64,000 nucleotides of DNA from Blastocystis sp. Blastoise (lineage: Eukaryota; Protista; Bigyra: Opalinata), in NCBI GenBank assembly GCA_039096225.1, contig JBBPEB010000025.1:1-64000 (forward strand), in the 5' to 3' direction. How positions within the stretch are numbered: the first letter of the stretch is position 1; each line of letters opens with the position of its first letter. Positions 14,326-27,620 of the stretch are shown piece after piece. A program made the translations under genes and the position numbers. The notes beneath the pieces are model-generated. The model was not told the DNA's origin. It searched no databases and saw nothing but the letters and a program-made list of their open reading frames with translations.

Positions 14326-17300
14326 TATATTGAAATTTTATTACGAGTCATAAATACAGTATTTGTGATAACTGTATTAGAAGTCACAACCCTTTTATTA
14401 TTTCCTTCTTCTCCTTCCTTTTCCTATATACATAAATAATTGTTATATTAAAGAGAATATATATATACATACATTTTCTGGAACATATGAGTCATCAACT
14501 TTTGTTTGCCTATATTCATGAATATCTGCAATAATCAAATTATCTGGTTCAATATTACATATAGATATAAATTTTGGAAAATCTCGTTTTCTTTTTGATA
14601 AAATTTCATTTGAATCATTAATAATATAGAATAATCCTGTATTAGATATTCGTACTTCTGGATATTCATATTGTTTTATTATTACCAACGATCCTATTTG
14701 AATGTAGCAAAGTGATTTAATTAAATGTACCTTTCTTTCTCTTCCTTGATCATGTGTGAAATACATTATGTATGAGTTATCAGTGGTTTCAATCCCTTCA
14801 TCTATATCTGAACAAGTAAATATAACTGAATCGTTTATTAATACTTCTGAATAAAATGTCATAGTTATTCTTCTTAAATTATTAATTATAATATTACATA
14901 TGTTAGAATCAGTTAGAATATCATAAGGAACAATATCATTTTTATTTACATTATGGAACAGTATTTCTTTGAGTGACTCATCATTTGATGCTAGAATTAT
15001 GTTTATTATTTCTTTCATGTCATTATCAGATAAGTCAATTCTTTCTGATCCTCGAATTCCTTTAACGGTACTAATTTTGTTTCTATTAACTATAATGGTA
15101 TTGTAACTTTCACATACTAATTCCTTATTTGATATATCATCGTTAATAATAGATTCCTCTTCATTATATAGTTCTTTATTAATCTCTAGTTGCGTTTCAT
15201 CAGTTATATCATCACTTATATTAGTTGTTGTATTCATATCTGCTACTTCTCTTTCTATAATACGTCTAATAGACGACTCATTAAAATTCTTTCTTCCAAA
15301 AGAAATTCTTTTAAGAAAAGAATAAAACCTTTCTGATTGATAGGTAGATCCAGAGAAGATAGAACCAGAGTTTATTATTGAATAGTAAAGATGTTGTACA
15401 AGATGAATTTGAGTATTTAGAAGCTCCTTTGGTATCAAAAGCTCACACAAAAAGCAAAATATATTACATTGATCTCTAAACACTTCCAATAAATGCTTTG
15501 ATGTATTACCATGATATAGGTATACTTGACGTATTATTGTAGCTAAAGGGTCAATAAGTACAACAAGTGGTGAATCACTGGAATTAAAATCTAAAGTTAT
15601 TAATGGAAGAATACAAGAAGTGAAGAAAATCCTTGTGTGAGAGGACATGTTCCAAAATTTTTTTTCATTTAGAATATACCTAAACTCATATTCATTATCA
15701 TTATATAGTGTATTAATGGCTAAAATCCTGGAGTTAAGAATTGATATATTTTCATCTTTTAAACAAAATGTACTAAGAATTGATTCAGGGTTTAATGCCT
15801 TATTTTTAGATATCTTAGAAGTATAATCGGCTACATTGTAATGAAATAATAAATTTAAAATTAGAGTACAAATATTATTGAATAGATGCATGGGATCTAG
15901 TAAATAACTAGTAGATGCATCAAAGTATGCCAATGATTCGAAGATACCAGGATTATGTTTAATACCTAAGAAAGATCCATTTTCAGATGAATTGCATCTA
16001 TTCATATTTATTGTTTCTTGTGTTCTCTGTGAATATTCCTTTTCTTCAAAAGCATCATAGTATATACATTCATTAGGAAATTTGTCAATAATAGTATTAG
16101 TAGTAACAGGTAAATCATCTATAAGAGGAGTAGTTGGAGATATATTAGAATCATTTATGGCTACAAAAACAGAAGGATATAGAATTTCATTTATCTTTTT
16201 CTTATCTTCTGTTAAATGAATATATTTCTTTATACTCTTATAAGCACATTTTATACCTTCGTGAAAGCCTTCGTTCTTTCTATTCCAAGAAATCTCACAA
16301 TATCTACATGGGAATGTTGAAGAGGGTCCAGTAAAGCTTCCAACGCTTGTAATAGCCATACAATCCCCATAAACATTTAGTAGAACTGCTACAACTCGCC
16401 TTTTTTCAATTCGTTCATTAATAAATACATCCATTTCAATTCCAGATGATAGAAGAATTAACTCTTTCATAAGTAATGCAAGAACAGTATTAGATAGCGA
16501 TTCTTTTGTTATACAATATGTCCAGAATACTCTCTGATCATGTAATCTAGTATTATTATAATTTAATAATTTAAGAAGAATAGGAAAAGATGATTGATTA
16601 GTATCAGAGATAGGATTTGAAAAGACACAAATTCCATCACAAGTTAAATCAAAAAATAAGAAAATATCACCATTATTAATAACTTTATTCATATATTTGC
16701 GATAATTTTGTCCTAACATATATTCTGGAATTGTACTTGGCAAATGTTCTATTGGTATAGATAAATAGTATTGAATTTCCTCCTTCTTGTAATAACTAAT
16801 ATCTTGTATTAATGGTTTAGAAGACATCAAGTAACGTATACGTGGGATTAAAGGTATAACAGACACTTTTATGCCTTTATATAAATAAAATATTAATCAG
16901 AATAATGAAAGTTAATTTATATTCACATATAAATAGTGTATCATATACTATAAGAATATATATAAAACGTTATATATAATAAATAATATCTTGTATTGTC
17001 ATATATTATATGAAGAAAAGAAAATAAATATAATAGAAAGAATAATAATAAAAAGAATAATAGTAGTATAAATAGAAATGAATTATATATATATATATAT
17101 ACTTTTGCTTTCACTACATTCCTCGTTTTTACATTGAGTCTTTTCTTTATTAAGTAGATTTCTTCCTCCATTAAATGATACTAGTTCTTTACAATTATCA
17201 CATATGTAGATATTTTTATGTAGTGGAGTTTCAGAATGGCAAGAACAGTATTTCCGTATTATGTCCTGTCCATTCTTGGGAACAAAAAGTAATTCATGTT

Positions 17301-17748
17301 CAGGAACCAAAAGTTTTATGACATCATTTATTAGTTCGTATAGTTTCTTAATCTTCTCCGTACTTATTTTAAGCTGACACCAACAATCATAAACGAAATC
17401 TTCAATTCTTGAATTATCATTTATATTATTTTTTGATGATGGCTTCTAAATAGTTTAAAGAGAGTTATATGAAATAAAAAATATATAAAATAAAATATTA
17501 TAATGTTTTTAAAATACCGAATTTATAATTTTTTCCAAAAACAAATCAGATATTTGTTTAGTAGTGTTTGAGTTCACGTCTTCATCTGAATCTAATTCTT
17601 CCATCAAGTGAGAAGTTTCGATGATTATATTCTCTTCATGAAGAGAGACATGATCAGTTGAAATTGCTAAATATATAAATAAAATTAAAAGTCTCTTACA
17701 TCTACGTTTTGATGGAAACCCAGGAAGATCATATTGACGTCCTGTCAT
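14326..17748 (-). CDS. CACTA/CMC-type DDE transposase of the inner element (multi-exon)
   Basis: ATG 17748. Introns 17699-17667, 17517-17446 and 17102-16875. N-terminal Cys cluster (CDNC..CKNEEC). Core motifs LTCDG, YGDCMA, FPCRYC, LDPMHLFNN, QIHLVQHL..G.I..ST.QSER are typical of CMC transposases. The last exon below 14470 is uncertain. Confidence 0.88.
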
Positions 17749-18972
17749 TGTAATGTTGAATATAATTTTTTAATTTTTTCTGATTATTTCCTTTTTTTTC
17801 ATGGATAGAAATACTTTTATAACAATTATTCCCAATAATTTTGGTTTCTTAATGAAGTTCATGGTTATGTGTTAACAATTTTTGGAATTACATAAACTTA
17901 ATGTCGGCATGATTTTTATGATTGTAGATTATTTGAATGAAAAATTGATGCTTAATCTTTATTTAGGTAGTTAAACACAAAATAATGTTACAAATGCAAA
18001 TATTAGAGAATATTGGATTTATATTAGAATTAATTTATTGCTGATATTTCAAAATAGCCAAATTTTTCAATATGGAATAAGTTGAATTAAGTTTTTACTT
18101 TCATGGATAAATGATTAGAGAACATATTTACTTTCTATCTTGTTTTTTTCTTCTAATTATTTTCATAAATAAGCGTTTCAATATTAAATATTTCTTTATG
18201 AATAATTTGTTTACATAGAAATGATAATAATATATTTATATCTATATTAACAATTACAAGAATTCTTACTATATGATTCAAACTGTAAATTTAAGCAATA
18301 TGATATATTCTTATATGAATTCTCAAGATGTATATGGTTTAGTAGTATATACTATTATATACTAGAATATATTTTAATTATATTCTATAATATTTTTCAT
18401 ATTTTGTGTTAATAAATCTTTGAATATTTTTTATTTTATATATAGTTTAGATAGTATCTTACAACAATCATTTAATTAAATGAAATAATAAGAAAGTAAT
18501 TGAAAATACACAAAGAATTATATATATATATATATATATAATTCCTTTTATTATAGTAATTCTTCCTCTCATTTTTATTTCTAATTTAGATTGATTATTT
18601 ATATAATTTATTTTAACTTATATAGTTTTCAAATGAAAATAATATTATAAATGATAGTTTGTATACTATTAATATTATCATCTTCTTAATTGAATATCTC
18701 ATTTAAATACTAAGAAACATATTAACGTTGTTCTTATCTATATCCTGTATATTAAGTATATTATTAATAATACAAAATTGTATAATTTTCTTTTTGTTTG
18801 ATAAACCAATTTTTGCAACAAGATCATCAATTATAAGATTTACAGAAATAAATATATTACATAAATATAAATAAAATATATTTTAATAAAATTATTATAT
18901 TTGTTTTAAGACAAACAACAGAAAAATAAATAAAAAAAGATATATTTTTTTATCTTTAGCTTATCGTTAACC

Positions 18973-19930
18973 ATGCAACAAAAGTAACATAAAACTATTT
19001 TATATAATGTTTATACTGGGAATTATAGAAATACTGCAAAAAAAAATGATATTGAAAGAGTAAAGAAATTTAAATTGAAACTGTTTGGAGCTTTTCATGA
19101 GTTTTATCGTTCGATACTATATCCTGAAATGTTAAGTATATTAATTATTAATTATATTACATTTTTAGAAACAAAAAAATGTCATTATTTGACATATGAC
19201 ATGGAAACATTCTTTCGGAAAGAAGCTCTCAAAAGAAATATAAATGTGTCAGCTAATAAAGCTTCGACAAAACAAATAAAGGTATATTATACTCTTATAT
19301 ATTAGACTTCAATACTATAATTTCTATTAAAAATTTATAGAATTGCTTAAAATACATACCCTATGTTATTAATGAAGGAGACTTAATAGATGCAAAGAAT
19401 ATGTTTATTGAAAATAATGGTAAAACACTTCTTGATGATGAAAATAAATTATTGGATATTATTTTAAAAATAGTAAAGGATTATATGTGTCAATATAAAA
19501 ATGTCGAATCACTAAGTGATTACGATATTATTAGATGTGTGAAAAAATCTCTTTATGATAAAAAGACTCATGGAGACTTTGCGTCTTCCTTTGGGTTTTT
19601 ATTACTAGATAAAGATGGATATAAAGTAGAAGATAAAAAAAAAATAAGAAGTGATTTTTTGGTATGTATTATATATTCTATATTAACACAAAAATTTAGA
19701 TGAATTATCATATATAGGTTTTGCAATGGAAAAGGAATCCAGATTTTTTTGATAAAACTACGTATGCGTATAAAACAAATTACGTAGTCATCGAAAGATT
19801 GCAGAATAGTTATGACAAACTTATGGAACACAGTCTTCGTCATTCACAAGTATATCCTATTGGCTATTTATTTTATTATTGTTTCTTTATTTTATAAAAA
19901 TCTAAAATAAGTTGACGCAGTTGAATCTCA
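18973..19930 (+). CDS. Accessory gene A of the inner element, unknown function, divergent from the transposase
   Basis: ATG 18973 and several short GT-AG introns give MQQKNTAKKNDIERVKKFKLKLFGAFHEFY..DMETFFRKEALK..STKQIK|NCLKYIPYVINE..VLQWKRNPDFF... Homologous by eye to gene B. The 3' end is approximate. Confidence 0.72.
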
Positions 19931-20936
19931 TATATATTTAAGATATAAATTGTTTTATATTTTATTATTATTATTCTATTAGGTTTTGTATATTATACTA
20001 TACTATAAAATATTTTCTTTATTTATAATTATCTTTATATAGTAATGAAATATACATTAGTTATGACGTCATGAATTCTTAGATCCTTAAAAACTTATTC
20101 ATTTATTATAATAATATATTTAAAATGTATGTATTATATATATATATATACTAATTTTCATTATTTTTATATAGATTTATTACAATTTGTAAATATAAAG
20201 CATTCTGAGTATATATCTTTTCATTTATTTTATTAATTCTTTTTATATAGATTCTTTTTGATTGTATAATTGCCCGTTACATTCAGTTTAATCTATTCTA
20301 TGTATATATATATATATATATTAAATATTTCTATACATTATTTATTTCATATAATTTATAGATCAGTTTTTCTTCCACAATAATATGAGCAGTGCCTTTA
20401 ATTGTATAAATATATTTATTATTGTATGATATACTATTACTATTTCTATTCATTCTTATTTTTATTTATATAGTTGATTAATATTTCTTTTATATGTTAA
20501 CTAAATATGAGTTATGTAATGCTCTTTAACAAAAAGTTGTTGTTATTATAAATTTTAGTTATAAATCATTGTTTTGTTTGTTTTTACTAATGTTTATATT
20601 GATGTATATTAAAACTAAAAAAAAAACTATTTTTTTAATTAATAACTCTTTTAAAGAATATTCTATAGAATTCTGGAAATATTATATATTATCGTTAGCA
20701 ATAATTTTCCAGAAAAATCGTGATAATACTATTGGACTATTTTCATTATTTTATTGGTTAAATATCATTAATAAACTAATCATATTTTATGAAAGAACAT
20801 AGAAATTCTATACATCTGAAACAGTCTTAAAAATATTTAGCAACAATTTCTAGTTTGTCTTATTTTTAGTCCCATGAAAAATGCCTACCAGTGTAATATG
20901 TAATGATTTTAAGCTAAATAGGTAAATAATACATAC

Positions 20937-21260
20937 ATATATTTTCTTTTTTGAAGATGTATAAGATCCAGAATATCCAAGGTGTTTTACACAGAGTTTT
21001 CTCAAAAAGACTTCAACTTCCATGTCACAGGAATAATTATACGGTCCTAAAACAATTACAAAATAATAAAAACTTACAATACCACCATTAATCAAGTCTT
21101 CGAACCCTTTGAAAAAGGATTTGACTTGTTTAACTGTTCTTCGTTTTAGTCGATGAAGTGATTTCAATTTTTTCTTACCATGTGTTTTATTTTTATCATA
21201 AGTAACAGCAGAAATGGTTTCATCTGTTGATGAAATATCGCTAACCACTGATGAATTCAT
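20937..21260 (-). CDS. 5' exons of accessory gene B of the outer element
   Basis: ..KQVKSFFKGFEDL..EVEVFLRKLCVK..SSKKKIY| with a GTATGT donor at 20936. Matches gene A KKFKLKLFGAFHEF..METFFRKEALK..STKQIK| with the same intron position. Confidence 0.75.
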
Positions 21261-22414
21261 TTTTTTCGTCTGCTGATATAATAAAAAATAATTAACTGGT
21301 TAAAGAAAAACAACTAAAACACAACAGAATTATATTTTTGCGTAATATCCTATATAACCGTGATTTTTTGGAAATAATGGCCATAAATAAACAGATTCTT
21401 TTATTATTGGATCTTTCATACTATTTTCATAATAATCGTTTTCCACGTTCGAATATATATATGCAAATAAACACTATTTTTTCAAAAATATAACATAATG
21501 CAGGCTATTGTAGTAATATCCTTTGTCATTTTTACTTATGTTAAAGAAACAATTATTGACTCTTAATACCATTTTCTTTACTTCATAAAACATGACAACC
21601 GTAAAGCATTTTAAAGCGCATAAAAAACCATCAGTGATTAGTACATATCTATCTATTTTTTGACCAGATTGCATATCAATTATAATTATATACTGTTTCA
21701 ATATTTTTAGAATCAATTCAAAGAAATGTATCCATAAGCAACCATAATCAAATAAACATTTTAATTAACACATTTAATGAAAGTATGTATAATAAAGTAT
21801 TATCAAAAATATCTAAACAATTAAATTTATTAATAAGCTTATTTCATTAAATTCTCAATTGATTATTTCATTTTATATAATATATAACTAACTAATTATC
21901 AGCTATCTATTGGTTTAACATCTTATAGCCAATATATATTGTATACTAGTTAAACTTTTATTATATTTCATTACATGAATCTTCATATGTTGTCTATAGC
22001 CCAGGATATTCGCAAAAATAGCGTTATACTTCGCCAAATTATTGAAATAGCAGTATAAATAATAAGCTTTTATATTTCCATATCATATATTATTCATTTT
22101 AACCATTATATACATATATCGTATTTATATAATAAGGTATTATATAGTAAATACTCTAGCAATTGCTTTTTTGTAATATTATAATTTAGAATATATTACT
22201 ATTACATAATAAATATCTAACTTTATATAAATATCCATAATTAAATTATTATTATATATTTCAGAGCAAATAAAAATGAATTGTAATCAATATATTTATT
22301 TAGATTAGTTTCTAATATAAATAATAATTATATTTATATATTATTGCTTTTTATTTATAAACTGTGCTATTTTTACTTCTTATATGCATTATTTAAATAT
22401 TACTATATATATAG

Positions 22415-25408
22415 AATAAAGCAACGATTTATGGATCAAAATCAATTAAAGATGAATTAGAAGATGAAGCCTATAAGCTGTGGGTAACGCTGGAACTTCC
22501 ATATGAAAAATTCCATGATATTTTAGTTTATACAAATTCAACGTTCAAATTGGTAGATAGTAGTTATAGTACACTTCTGAATAGCAATTATGACTCACAA
22601 ACATACATCAGAAGCATTAGATCTAAACAATTCTTCTTTCCAGCTTCATTGAGACTTTATATATGTCCTGAATGTTTAAAAATTACAAATGCTACATCTT
22701 CTAGAAACAGCCTATCTTACGACGATATTAAATGTTTCGAGCATAACGATATTTCAGATGATAGTATATATATATAATGATATTTAAGTATCTTAATAAA
22801 TACTTAATAAAATTGTACTATTCACTATATTCTATAGAAATATATCATACAACAATACTTCCTATTATCCCACGAATAAAAAGACTTCTTTCTAATGCTG
22901 ATCTTCTAGAAGATATATCGTTTTACAAGAAGGACGATATAATGCAACTGCTAAGTCTTCATAGTCATGAAGACTATTATATTCAAACATCAGAGATGGA
23001 TACTCGTAACATAACACAAAATACATTAGTTGATATCCCTTATTTCTTTTATGGTTCTACATTTTATAAATATACGCAACCTCTTGTAGAAAAAGGCGAT
23101 ATTTTCCTCTTTTTTTCTGTGACTTCTGATGGGATAACTGTATTTAATAAACCTCAAAAGGAAGAAAATAAATCCAGTTATCCTATAACTCTTAAACTTC
23201 TTAATTATAACCAGCAACGGAAATATGATCATCGAAAATTATGGTGTTATGCATGCCCCACGAGTAATATGATCTCTCCCTTAATTGATATACTTAGCAG
23301 CGAGTTTCAACTTTTAAATGAAGGCTTAGATATTTATATAGATAGCATTCAACAAACAAAACGGGTAATAGGAATTCTACTCAATGTATATGGAGATTAC
23401 CCTGCAGTCTCAAAAATGGTAAACACACCTTCATCTTCAAGTGTACACCCGTGCCGTTTTTGTAGAATGACAGTACGTAGATCTAGAGATTCTGCATTTC
23501 ATGAAGGAATCAAGTGTTGTTATGAAGAATCTCGAGAATTCAGAATTTCAGATGAAGGAATAACAACATTTTTTATACCAACTTATTGTCCAAATGATCC
23601 TATGAATACAAACAACATTATAGTAGATTACATCGATGAATCAAATATTGATGCAAATATGTGTGTATCCTTATCATCACCATTAGAGATTCCTTCATCA
23701 AGCATATATAGTGACTCGTTAACATTATATAGTCCTGTTCTTCGTTCATCTGAATCATCTTCTTCAATAATACCTGGAACAAATGAAGTGAGTCCAGAAG
23801 AAAGAAATCTAGGATTCAGTAAACTTACATACTTCAATATACTTCAATCATGTTCCCTTGATCCAATGCACTTAATAAATAATGTAGCTACATCACTCAT
23901 GGAGTACCTATGGAATTATCCAAAGACAAACGCTTATTCCAAATTAAAATATACTATGTCTCAAAATGAAATGCAAGACTTCATTACAAGAATATCGCTA
24001 AATGAGGAAAATAAGAAGATTATTATGGAAAGAATAAAAGATATGAATATATTATATGATACTGATATGTATCAACTTATATCTATTCTAAATGACTTGA
24101 ACTTCTATTCATCAACATCACATACACGTATTCTTCTTTTTTCAACAGTATTTCCTATCCTTCTATCTGATTTTACTTATGAAGATTCACCTTTAATACT
24201 AATAATAGAAATATTTGGTTCTCTTATTAGTGATATAATGAGAATTAATCCAATAACAGAAAAGGATAATCTACTCACTTTTGAGAAGAAATGTATTCAA
24301 TTCGTATCCATAATTGAATCTATTCTACCTTCTGCTTTAATAACAACTCAAATTCATAGTATAAAGCATTTAGCGTCATGTATCAGGGACTGTGGTTCTC
24401 TTTTCTATACTTCGACTTGGGAAGCAGAAAGATCATATCGTAATATCAAGAGAATAACTAAAGGAACAAAATCGTTTAATGAGTCAGTAATAATCAAAGT
24501 TCAGGATCAAGAATCAATACAGATACATATAGCACCTCAGATATCTTCTACTACTGCTGATAACAATACAAATGACGGTAGATTTACATCCTTACAACAT
24601 AAAGAGATTCTAATTAAAGATAATCCAGAAATAAAATCATTTAAAGGTAAAGAAAGCCACTCTCTGCCAAATATCATAGACAGAGATAAACTTGCAATAA
24701 TATTATTATTATCTTCTAAATGCTCTTCTTTAATTCAATCCAAGCTTTTTTCGGAAGTATTTCATGAGTCAGACACTCCTTATAGAAGAGAAGAGATAAT
24801 AAGAAATAACATAGATATCCAAACCAAATTGCTTGATAAATTTAAATTACTGAGAAAATATTGTTATGATTCTGTTATAGTGAATAATAATATTCTATTC
24901 AGAGTATATAAAGGATTAACAGAAGGAGCCAAAAATAATTCATATATATTAAGAATCTCCCCAATCCAGTCTAATTCTGGAGACTTTGTAATGCATCCTT
25001 TTTTGTATAGTATACTATCTTTCATACAAATAGAAGACGTATTAATATTAAAGTTGCATAAGTATCCTGTTTCAAACTACAGTCAATCAAGACTATATGC
25101 ATACTTTATTAATCGTTCTAAAACAATTACATCCCAACTAGAGACAGATTACGAATACTTTCTTTTAGACTCAATGAAACCATTTAATATTATATGTGTA
25201 GATTTCGGTATATCGAAAGAAATAACTAATGATATCAACGGTGAATATGTAAGTAATCTATTGTATTTCAATATATATATAATTTCTATAGATAGGAGAG
25301 AATAATAACAACAACTCAACTTTGAAGAAGATAAATAGAAAGGATTCATATGTTGTATCTGTTTTTATACCATACAAAGCAATTTTATATGAAGATGATA
25401 ATAACTAA
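22415..25408 (+). CDS. CACTA/CMC-type DDE transposase of the outer element (multi-exon; true start further upstream, unresolved)
   Basis: Exon 22415-22763 (CPEC..C..H), intron 22764-22837, main exon to 25248, intron 25249-25291, stop at 25408. Motifs VTSDG, YGDYPA, HPCRFC, LDPMHLINN, QIHSIKHL..G.L..ST.EAER. Collinear with the inner transposase. Confidence 0.88.
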
Positions 25409-25521
25409 ATTTTTTTAATTATGTTTCAATGTTTATTATAACTTTCTAATTTATATAATAGTCTATTCCTGTTATATTAAAAAATTGTATTTCTTTATCT
25501 ACATTCTTTGTTTTGTTATAA

Positions 25522-26290
25522 AATAAGTAGATGTTATAAGGTATAAGTAGATTTTATAAGGTATAAGTAGATATTATAAGGTATAAGTAGATATTATAAG
25601 GTATAAGTAGATATTATAAGGTATAAGTAGATATTATAAGGTATAAGTAGATATTATAAGGTATAAGGTATAAGTAGGTATAAGTAGGTATAAGTAGGTA
25701 TAAGTAGGTATAAGTAGGTATAATAAGATATAAGTAGGTATTATTAGGTATAAGTAGGTATAAGGTATAAGTAGGTATAAGTAGGTATAAGGTATAAGTA
25801 GGTATTATTAGGTATAAGGTATAAGTAGATATTATTAGGTATAAGGTATAAGTAGATATTATTAGGTATAAGGTATAAGTAGGTATAAGTAGGTATAAGT
25901 AGGTATAAGTAGGTATAAGTAAGTATAAGGTATAAATAGGTATAAGTAAGTATAAGGTATAAGTAGGTATAAGTAAGTATAAGGTATAAATAGGTATAAG
26001 AAGGTATAAGGTATAAGTAGGTATAAGTAAGTATAAGGTATAAATAGGTATAAGAAGGTATAAGGTATAAATAGGTATTAGAAGGTATAAGAAGTTATAA
26101 GGTATAAGAAGTTATAAGGTATAATAAGTTATAAGGTATAAGAAGTTATAGGGTATAATGTATTATACGTTATAAGAAGGTATAAGAAGGTATAAGAAGG
26201 TATAATAAGGTATAAGGTACTAGAAGATATTTTGTATAATGTATAAGGTATAATGTATAAGGCATTATAAAGTATAAGATATAAGAAAAT
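25522..26290. repeat. Compound minisatellite: 20-bp ATAAGGTATAAGTAGATATT units grading into 10-bp GGTATAAGTA and 7-bp GGTATAA variants
   Basis: Directly visible and almost devoid of C on the + strand. Lies just downstream of the outer transposase stop. Confidence 0.93.
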
Positions 26291-26389
26291 AATAATGAAC
26301 ATGAAAACATAATTATTACATTATTACTAACATACATGCTAGAAAATATATTTATATAAAACTTGATGAAATATTACGTTATAAATATA

Positions 26390-27620
26390 TATATACATTT
26401 CTTTTTTAGTTTTTGGTAGGATTTGCTGGTTCCTTTTAACAGTTTTCTTTTATATTCTTAGACATAAGATATCGGATACTAATTTATCTCATCACTTTTT
26501 GACAGACTATTCATAATAATAGAATAAGAATCTCTCAATATCATATGAATGATTGACTCAACATAGTTATATTGATCTTCAAATGTAACTCAATATGTTT
26601 GAATAGCAATAGTATATATTACCTAATGAAGTAGTCATAAAGAACTGTATATCAGTAATAGTTTAAAGAGTTACCAATATAAATGAAAAATCTAAAGACA
26701 ACAGCATACTCAAGAAAAACCGTAAATCAAATATATAATGTGTTCTAATAGAAAGAATAGATAATAGATAATAACATGTATAAGAAAATAAACAATAGAT
26801 ACCATTAGATCTTAATATAACGACTGAGATTTGGCAAAACAACAACGATTACATTAATATACTAAATTCTATATATAAAAGAATAATTTTTAAAATAACA
26901 CAATAATATATATTGATATATATACTACCACATTGTACGAGTCTGGAAATCATGACTAGTTTTCAGGGAATGTATAACAGAAATTGAAGAGTAATAGAAA
27001 TATAGAAAGGTAGCATTCACGGTAGAAGAAGTCGTTTTTATATATTTATAAGAATATATAATAGTAAGTGATTTTCAATATTATTAAACAATATTGTAGC
27101 ATTGATGTGTAACATTAGTATTTATTACGAAGACTGAGAAAACGTATACTATGGATATATAAACGATACATTAATACTAATATTTATATATAACATATAT
27201 ATAATATATATACGTTTTATTTCTATCCCATTTAATTTGAAGATACTGATTTTATTATTCGTTTATATATACATCTATTCATGTTGATAAATAATATATA
27301 GTTAAATATATATATATAAATATATATATGTATATATATGTATATAGAAGTTTTGTCTTTACTATTAGAAAGTTAAAGAGTCGATTATGAAGATATAAAT
27401 ACATACTTATGAAGGGAAGAAATGGATTGAAGATATTCAAATGATAGATTTGTAACAATATAATATTATATATAAAAAGTACAGTTCCTAAATATGGACA
27501 AACCAATATTGAGTTCTAAATTCAATAGTAATAATAGAAGCCATTAAATACATCATTAAAACTTTTACTGCAATTTAAAGAGATAATTCTACGAATCTTT
27601 ATAAAACTAGATCATTTCTG
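26390..27620 (-). pseudogene. Cargo: decayed multi-exon gene fragment, unidentified
   Basis: Alternating exon-like and AT-rich intron-like blocks with GTA..TAG ends on the minus strand. Exon frames contain stops. Confidence 0.35.

Larger units (their letters stand above)
6778..20893 (-). mobile_element. Inner (nested) CACTG-type CACTA transposon, 14.1 kb, inverted relative to the outer element
   Basis: TIRs CACTGGTAGGCA(C)TTTT at 6778 and AAAA(A)TGCCTACCAGTG ending at 20893. TSD TAA at 6775-6777 and 20894-20896. Encodes a transposase and an accessory gene. Removal leaves a normal 62-nt GT-AG intron. Confidence 0.93.

Noticed and set aside
25522-26290. Interstitial telomere
   Set aside because: No GGG-containing regular telomeric unit. 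Unit length is variable and the array is internal to a transposon.
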